Shown in pieces: positions 23,435-29,030 of a stretch of DNA of 29,030 nucleotides. Each line of letters starts with the position of its first letter. Position 1 is the first letter of the stretch. A program made the position numbers and the translations under genes. The notes under the pieces were generated by a model. The model worked only from the letters and a program-made list of their open reading frames with translations, made no database searches and was not told the origin of the DNA. Source of the stretch: a virus (lineage: Duplodnaviria; Caudoviricetes); the IMG/VR virus record IMGVR_UViG_3300030372_002673, positions 1-29,030 of that record; one strand, written 5' to 3'.

Positions 23435-23463
23435 AAACAAATTATTAATTTTTATATTTATAA
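23435..23463 (+). promoter_or_regulatory. Putative phage late promoter, copy 4
   Basis: AAACAA-attattaat-TTTTATATTTATAA, ending 3 nt before the ATG at 23467. Confidence 0.7.
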
Positions 23464-23466
23464 GTA

Positions 23467-24048
23467 ATGAAGGAAGTTAAATTAACAATACCTGATAATT
23501 GGTCTGATATAACAATAGACACTTATCAAAAGTATGTAAAAATACAAGAAGGCAAGGGAAGTGAGAAAAACAAGATTGTAAAGAGTTTATCTTTATTATG
23601 TAATATAAGTCCATTTGTAGTAAAGAAAATGGCTTACAAGGACTTATTAGACATAATGAGCATAATTAAAAATATGATTGACACTGAGCCTGACAAGATT
23701 AATTTTAGGAAGGTGTTTGATTTTAAAGGTGAAGAATATGGTTTTTGCCCTAATCTTAGTAACATTAGTACAGGGGAATATATTGACCTAGAAACATATT
23801 GTAAAGAGCCAATAGAAAATTTGCATACTATTATGTCAATACTATATAGGAAAATTATTTTTAAAAGAAATGAAAGGTATGCTATTGAAGACTATAACCC
23901 TGATGAATTTAAAGAGGAATTATTTAAAGACTGTCCAATGGATATAGCACTTAGTTGCTTAGGTTTTTTTTTGACTTTAGGGGAAGACTTAGCAAAGATT
24001 TCGCACAGCTATTTACAAGCACAGGAAGCGAAACCACAAAAGGGGTAA
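23467..24048 (+). CDS. Tail assembly chaperone (gpG-like, unshifted product)
   Basis: 193 aa, with a T9 slippery run at 23964-23972 and an open overlapping -1 frame. Confidence 0.6.
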   Translation: MKEVKLTIPDNWSDITIDTYQKYVKIQEGKGSEKNKIVKSLSLLCNISPFVVKKMAYKDLLDIMSIIKNMIDTEPDKINFRKVFDFKGEEYGFCPNLSNISTGEYIDLETYCKEPIENLHTIMSILYRKIIFKRNERYAIEDYNPDEFKEELFKDCPMDIALSCLGFFLTLGEDLAKISHSYLQAQEAKPQKG

Positions 24049-24215
24049 GTATGCAATCTAAATGGGGGTGGTACAACACATTGTATATGCTTTCAAATGA
24101 TAATATACTTAATATAAATAAAATAACAAAACTACCAATCTTAGAAGTATTGACCTATTTGTCTTATTCTCAAGATTATAATAACAAACAACGAAACAAC
24201 TATGATAACTTTTAA
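23970..24215 (+). CDS. -1 frameshift extension of the tail assembly chaperone (gpGT-like)
   Basis: The -1 frame is open from the T TTT TTT heptamer (FDFRGRLSKDFAQLF...SKWGWYNTLY...) to the stop at 24215. Confidence 0.6.
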   Translation, partial: FDFRGRLSKDFAQLFTSTGSETTKGVSMQSKWGWYNTLYMLSNDNILNINKITKLPILEVLTYLSYSQDYNNKQRNNYDNF

Positions 24216-24714
24216 AAATGCAACAGAACTATTAGAGACAATAGCAAAAAAGCATCATCAGATTCATAGTTTTCACAGTGGATTTATGGACGAGGTAGAT
24301 ATAAATCGCCTTGGAGCTACAGATTATATCATACTATATGCAGAGCCAGGAACGGCTACAATTAATAAGGGAACAATGACTTACACTTTTACGCTTTATG
24401 TTTTGGATATGGTTAATAAAGCAATTAAAGAAACATCAAGCAACGAGCCTTTTTTTGAAACCAATGAAAAAATAGGAAGGATAAATACCTTAAGTGAGAA
24501 TTTACAAATAATGAATGATGTTATAAATGAGTTTCACCAAAACTTATATTCTACAAGTTGGGTAGATGATGAAGTTGTTTTGGGTTTACCTATATCTTGT
24601 GAACCTTTTACAGCAAAATTTGATAATGTTTTGACAGGTTGGTCAGCTATAATAAGTATGGAAGTAAATAATACTAATAATCTTTGTATTGTACCAATTG
24701 AAGGAAACTCATAA
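24202..24714 (+). CDS. Tail terminator-like protein (putative)
   Basis: 170-aa acidic alpha/beta protein (YTFTLYVLD, CEPFTAKFDNVLTGW) in the tail operon. Confidence 0.5.
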   Translation: MITFKNATELLETIAKKHHQIHSFHSGFMDEVDINRLGATDYIILYAEPGTATINKGTMTYTFTLYVLDMVNKAIKETSSNEPFFETNEKIGRINTLSENLQIMNDVINEFHQNLYSTSWVDDEVVLGLPISCEPFTAKFDNVLTGWSAIISMEVNNTNNLCIVPIEGNS

Positions 24715-25268
24715 TGGAATTAAAAAATACCATACAAGCTATGCAGAAACTTGGTAATAATGTTATCAAAGACGGTAGAGCTATACTTAAAAAGAAAAAA
24801 AAACAAACTAGGTCAAATACATTATATAAAGATTTTGATTATTTAGTTACATCAAACAAAAATAATGTTTCATTAACATTTGAATTTGGTAGAGCTGAAG
24901 ATTATTGGGATTTTGTAGATGAAGGGGTGAGAGGTTCAGGTGGCTATAAAGGTAGTGGTAAAATGAGGGGGCAAGGTAGCCCTTTTAGTTTTAAGAAAAA
25001 AAACATAAAAAAAGGTGTAGTTGAAGGTTGGATAGCTAATAAGCCCTTAAAATTGAGAAATGCAAAGGGACAGTTTATTGAAAAAAATAAAAGAAATATA
25101 AAGAGTGCTGCATTTCTTATAGGTAGAGCAATAGCACAAAGGGGTTTGACAAGAACACAGTTTTTTAGTAAACCATTTACACAGCAATTAAATAAACAAT
25201 CAGATGCTATATTAGATGCATTTAGTAATGATTTAGACAAACAATTAGAAATTATAATAGGAGAATAA
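24714..25268 (+). CDS. Tail completion/neck protein (HK97 gp10-like, putative)
   Basis: Basic protein with DYWDFVDEG and AFLIGRAIAQRG...FFSKP. Confidence 0.55.
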   Translation: MELKNTIQAMQKLGNNVIKDGRAILKKKKKQTRSNTLYKDFDYLVTSNKNNVSLTFEFGRAEDYWDFVDEGVRGSGGYKGSGKMRGQGSPFSFKKKNIKKGVVEGWIANKPLKLRNAKGQFIEKNKRNIKSAAFLIGRAIAQRGLTRTQFFSKPFTQQLNKQSDAILDAFSNDLDKQLEIIIGE

Positions 25269-25269
25269 T

Positions 25270-26733
25270 ATGGCTTTAGGAAATATATCATTTGTACAAG
25301 AACCTGTAGCAACATCAGACCAAGTACCTGTAATAACAAATTGGAATCCAATAGTACCTTACACTGTATATCAAGATGATATATCAGGCTTATTTTATTT
25401 TAAATTAATCTTAGAAGTAAGGCTAGATGGTTCAACAGGTACACTATTAGGTAAATTAAAACAAAGAAGAAATGGATATGCACCCGATATTTCAAGCGAT
25501 AAAGCAAGGGCTGTATTTGATATTAGAGATATTGTTAATTCTCAATTACAAGACACAAATGCAAATCAAAACTCTACAACAAATACTATACATAGATTAG
25601 GTGTTGATGAACCAGGCAAACCTTTTAGTATAAATGATAATCAAGTAAAAGGTATATATGTCAAAGCATATCAAGAGTATTCTTCATCTGCTGCAGATGG
25701 CCCTACAGAGGATACATCACCTAATACTGATGATTTTAGAAGATACATTGCAGCTTCACTACCTTTAGAAACAACAAGGGGAACAGATAATTTTCAAGCT
25801 AATAGATTTAATTCATTTAAATTAGATGACAACCAAGCAAGGTTTTTAAGTGACGTAAAACAAAGAACAGGTGATATTGCACCTAAAGAGAATGTTTACA
25901 GAAATTATGTTCAAGAAGATGACTACCATACAATAGGATTTTTAAATGGATATATAACAGACCCCCCAGGCGTATTAGTAGATGAATTTAGTAGTAAAAT
26001 GAGATACGTGTGGATTAGATATTATGATTCTAGTGGAAGCCAAATAGGAACTGAACAAGACCTATCTAATAAAGTTGATGCAGGTGGTTGCAAACCTGCA
26101 GAATCAGACGGAGAATTAACTAAAGATGAACGCAGACTTTTGTATTTTGGTTGTGGTCCTGCTAATTTACAAGCACAAAGTGAAAACACAAATGCAAGAC
26201 CATCTAATTTTAGTGGTTGGGCATATTACAAAATATATGGTCAAGATGCAGCTACAAATGTAATTTCAAATTCTTATTATTTTATTAAGCAAGATGGTAG
26301 CTGTAAAAGTTACAAGGTTAGAAGATTAGCATGGCGTAATAGTTTGGGGTGTTGGGATTATTTTAATTTTCAAATGAAGTCTACACAAACGCTAGAAGTA
26401 ACTAGAGATGAATATCAAACAATGCTTGGTAATTTTAATGATACAATGTATTCTTATGATAATTTTCAAAGAGGAAAACAAGTTAGAAGAACATCTGCAG
26501 TATTAAAAGAAACTATTAATACAGATTGGATTTACGAAGAAGATGCTCAATTATTAGAAAGTTTAATAATGTCAACAAATATTCAAATAGTAGAAAACTC
26601 AGATACTACTTATACTGTGCCCGTATTAATCACAGAAAAAAATATAGTTAGAAAAACACAGGCAAATGATGGGGTTAAAATTCAATATACTTTTAAAATT
26701 GAATATGCTAATCCTTACAACACAAACAGTTAA
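25270..26733 (+). CDS. Tail/baseplate structural protein (487 aa)
   Basis: Beta-rich, with C-terminal LAWRNSLGCWDYFNF...NTDWI...LESLIMS...IQYTF. It is coupled (TAATG) to the large tail protein gene. Confidence 0.6.
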   Translation: MALGNISFVQEPVATSDQVPVITNWNPIVPYTVYQDDISGLFYFKLILEVRLDGSTGTLLGKLKQRRNGYAPDISSDKARAVFDIRDIVNSQLQDTNANQNSTTNTIHRLGVDEPGKPFSINDNQVKGIYVKAYQEYSSSAADGPTEDTSPNTDDFRRYIAASLPLETTRGTDNFQANRFNSFKLDDNQARFLSDVKQRTGDIAPKENVYRNYVQEDDYHTIGFLNGYITDPPGVLVDEFSSKMRYVWIRYYDSSGSQIGTEQDLSNKVDAGGCKPAESDGELTKDERRLLYFGCGPANLQAQSENTNARPSNFSGWAYYKIYGQDAATNVISNSYYFIKQDGSCKSYKVRRLAWRNSLGCWDYFNFQMKSTQTLEVTRDEYQTMLGNFNDTMYSYDNFQRGKQVRRTSAVLKETINTDWIYEEDAQLLESLIMSTNIQIVENSDTTYTVPVLITEKNIVRKTQANDGVKIQYTFKIEYANPYNTNS

Positions 26734-29030
26734 TGAAAGTAAGATTAAAAGCATATAGGGAATCCTTAATAGCTACAGGCGTATTTGCAGCTAGTAGCCA
26801 CTCTACGACATTTAGTCAAGTAACTGTTACAGTAAGTGGTGAAGACGCTACCACTGCACTTGCAGTGGGCAGAGTTTTATATCGTGCAGATGGTAGAAAA
26901 TATGGAAAAATTAGTGCTATAAATAGTTCAACAGAAATTAAATTTTTAATGTTGTATTTTATTCCAATAGTGTCAGGAGAACAATTTTATGTTTTAGACG
27001 AAGGAACATACGAACTAGATTTACAAAAAGAACCTAACATAAGTATTAACTATCAATTTGATGATGTCAAAGACCCTAGCAAAAGCAAGAGTAGTTTTAG
27101 TCAAACATTTAATCTGCCTTTTACTGATAATAACAATAAATTCTTTCAGGATTGGTATAATGTAAATTTAGACAAAATAATTTTTAGTACTAAAGAAGAA
27201 TATGATGCTACTATTTTTGTGGGAACAGTACCTCAATTTGATGGTACTTTACAATTAAGGTCAGTTTATAAAAAAGCACAGTACTATGTTGTAACTGTTT
27301 TTGCTAAAACATCTAGCTTGTTTTCTCTTATTGGTGATGATTCATTAAGAAATGCCTTTTTAAGTAGTGATGGTACAAGTTGGAATACATCATTAAATCA
27401 CACTTTCACCGCTGCACAAATGAGGGCTAGTTGGAGAGGCTCTGACAGTGATTTTGAAAATGCAGATGGTGTATCACTAAAAGACCCTGACCACGATATT
27501 CAAAAAGTAATGTACCCTATTTCGGTCACGAAAGCTACATCACAAGACAGTTTTTATTTCAACAATGATTATTTAAATTTTGATTTTTTAAATAAAGACC
27601 AAGCCTCATTAGATAATAATTTAGCTAAAAAAGTGTCAATAACACAATTCAGACCTGCAATTCAGATTAAGGAAATGATTAAAATCATACTCGGTAGAGT
27701 GGGTTTATCTTATACATCAGAGTTTTTTGATAGTGAGTATTTTAGCAAGATATTTATGACAACAGGCGGTCACTTAGAAAACTCACCTGTGCCTATTATA
27801 GAAGAATCAGCAGTTATATCAGATGGTGGTACTTGTATTGTGGGTTATGCTGTAGATGAATACTGGGGGGATATGGGTAACTCGGATAGCCCATTATCTC
27901 AAACAACAGCAGAAAATTATGATGACCCTGCAGATAATAATTCAATTGGATTTGCTTTAAACCCAACTACAGTTGTTTCTGATACGGGGGAATGTTTTAA
28001 TAACGCTGGTAATTTCTGGACAAAAAAACATCCGACACAAACCACACTAGAAATAACTCATCGCTACGAATTTAGAAACACTAGAATACCTGAAGATGGG
28101 GGTGGTAGCAGTAATTGTGGGTTCACTCTAACAATTCGTTTATATAGAGTAAATGATGACGGTTCATATTATATTACTAACACAGGCCTTGTAATCTTAG
28201 CAACTAAAACTGTGCAGATAGAAGCAGACAATTGTTATAGCACGTGGGAAGATGACGAAATTACACATAATATAGATATATCAGATGTGTATGTAGGCTA
28301 TAGTTTTATTGTTACAGCTAGAATAACCGATTTTTATTTTAATTATCCTACTCAGCCCACAGGAATAACTTTAGGTATGAAGTGTGGTAGTACCTGCTTG
28401 TCTACGAATGATTGTGCTTATTTTTCTTATAATTTTTCAGGTGGTGAGTGTTTGAGCACAGTTGTAAAAATGAATTGGAATGGTTATGACACAAATAATT
28501 ATAATGCGGTTATAGATGTACCTTCTTGCATTGACCCTGAATTAAAACAAAAAGACTTTTTAAAAGACCTCATTCAAAGATTTAATTTAATTATAACTGC
28601 AAATCCTAATAATCCTTCTAATATAATCATAGAACCTTATGACACTTATTTAGCTAGTGGTACAATAAGGCATTGGACTGACAGATTAGATTTATCAAAA
28701 GAAATAATTGTGCAAGACACAAGCTCACTACAAAAAGAACGGATATTTTTTACAGATAAAGAAGATGAAGATTTATTTAATAAAGAAATAAAAGACCATT
28801 ATCCTGATTTAAATGTGTACGGTAATATAGAAGTTACTGAAACTAATAATAGATTTGCTAAAGGAGAATTAAAAAACGAGCCATTTTTCTCACCTTATAT
28901 TAATGGTCAAGTACACAGATTATTCCAAGACCAGCAAGAATATCAAATAGCAGAAAGCCAAGATACTGATTTAAGAAATATGGCTGTACATTATGAAGTA
29001 ACCTATGAAGAAGATGGGAATGATATTGAT
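26733..29030 (+). CDS. N-terminal part of the large tail tip/hub-like protein (1272 aa in total; continues to 1620); not in the ORF track
   Basis: Translated by hand with no stop: MKVRLKAYRE...ELDLQKEPNISINYQFDDVKDPSKSKSSFSQTFNLP...FRPAIQIK...KQKDFLKDLIQRFNL...IIIEPY...WTDRLD. Confidence 0.85.
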   Translation, partial: MKVRLKAYRESLIATGVFAASSHSTTFSQVTVTVSGEDATTALAVGRVLYRADGRKYGKISAINSSTEIKFLMLYFIPIVSGEQFYVLDEGTYELDLQKEPNISINYQFDDVKDPSKSKSSFSQTFNLPFTDNNNKFFQDWYNVNLDKIIFSTKEEYDATIFVGTVPQFDGTLQLRSVYKKAQYYVVTVFAKTSSLFSLIGDDSLRNAFLSSDGTSWNTSLNHTFTAAQMRASWRGSDSDFENADGVSLKDPDHDIQKVMYPISVTKATSQDSFYFNNDYLNFDFLNKDQASLDNNLAKKVSITQFRPAIQIKEMIKIILGRVGLSYTSEFFDSEYFSKIFMTTGGHLENSPVPIIEESAVISDGGTCIVGYAVDEYWGDMGNSDSPLSQTTAENYDDPADNNSIGFALNPTTVVSDTGECFNNAGNFWTKKHPTQTTLEITHRYEFRNTRIPEDGGGSSNCGFTLTIRLYRVNDDGSYYITNTGLVILATKTVQIEADNCYSTWEDDEITHNIDISDVYVGYSFIVTARITDFYFNYPTQPTGITLGMKCGSTCLSTNDCAYFSYNFSGGECLSTVVKMNWNGYDTNNYNAVIDVPSCIDPELKQKDFLKDLIQRFNLIITANPNNPSNIIIEPYDTYLASGTIRHWTDRLDLSKEIIVQDTSSLQKERIFFTDKEDEDLFNKEIKDHYPDLNVYGNIEVTETNNRFAKGELKNEPFFSPYINGQVHRLFQDQQEYQIAESQDTDLRNMAVHYEVTYEEDGNDID
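28932..29030. repeat. Terminal direct repeat, right copy
   Basis: Identical to bases 1-99. Confidence 0.95.

Noticed and set aside
17199-25351. Minus-strand ORFs at 17199-17393, 20278-20487, 20454-20696, 21775-22023, 23051-23281 and 24944-25351
   Set aside because: Antisense to stronger genes; their hydrophobic look arises from A-rich plus-strand codons.
1-29030. tRNA genes, introns/inteins, diversity-generating retroelement, alternative genetic code
   Set aside because: Intergenic gaps are short with no cloverleaf seen, there is no reverse transcriptase or TR/VR pair, TerL and capsid are uninterrupted, and genes tile densely under the standard code.

Overview
This window is an apparently complete, circularly permuted tailed-phage genome. 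Bases 1-99 are repeated exactly at 28932-29030, giving a circle of about 28,931 bp, and a 1272-aa tail protein gene (26733 through the junction to 1620) crosses the join. The DNA is AT-rich, has A-rich leaders without obvious Shine-Dalgarno sites, TAnnTTTG-type promoter boxes, signal peptides followed by Gln and a T9SS-type C-terminal sorting signal. Together these point to a Bacteroidota, probably Flavobacteriia, host (inference). It looks siphovirus-like: TerS/TerL (PBSX-type), portal, XkdF-like prohead protease, scaffold, major capsid, tail tube, tape measure and a tail assembly chaperone with a -1 slippery site, with no sheath gene recognised. It also has a small early/replication module (HTH proteins, DUF4373-like initiator, VRR-NUC, sigma-like factor, HNH) and no recognisable integrase or DNA polymerase. 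The most unusual element is a translationally coupled cell-envelope cassette at the front of the lysis genes. It encodes an outer-membrane beta-barrel, an LDL-receptor-class-A-like protein with a T9SS sorting tail, two small membrane proteins and a secreted thioredoxin-fold protein lacking CxxC, followed by an M15 endolysin, a holin and a metallophosphoesterase. Other notable signals are a four-copy late-promoter motif (AAACAA-N9-TTTTATATTTATAA), a ParB plus ABC-ATPase-GNAT locus next to the terminase, an iteron/palindrome origin candidate, and no GATC site found in a manual scan. All functional calls come from motif recognition by eye; no database search was run.
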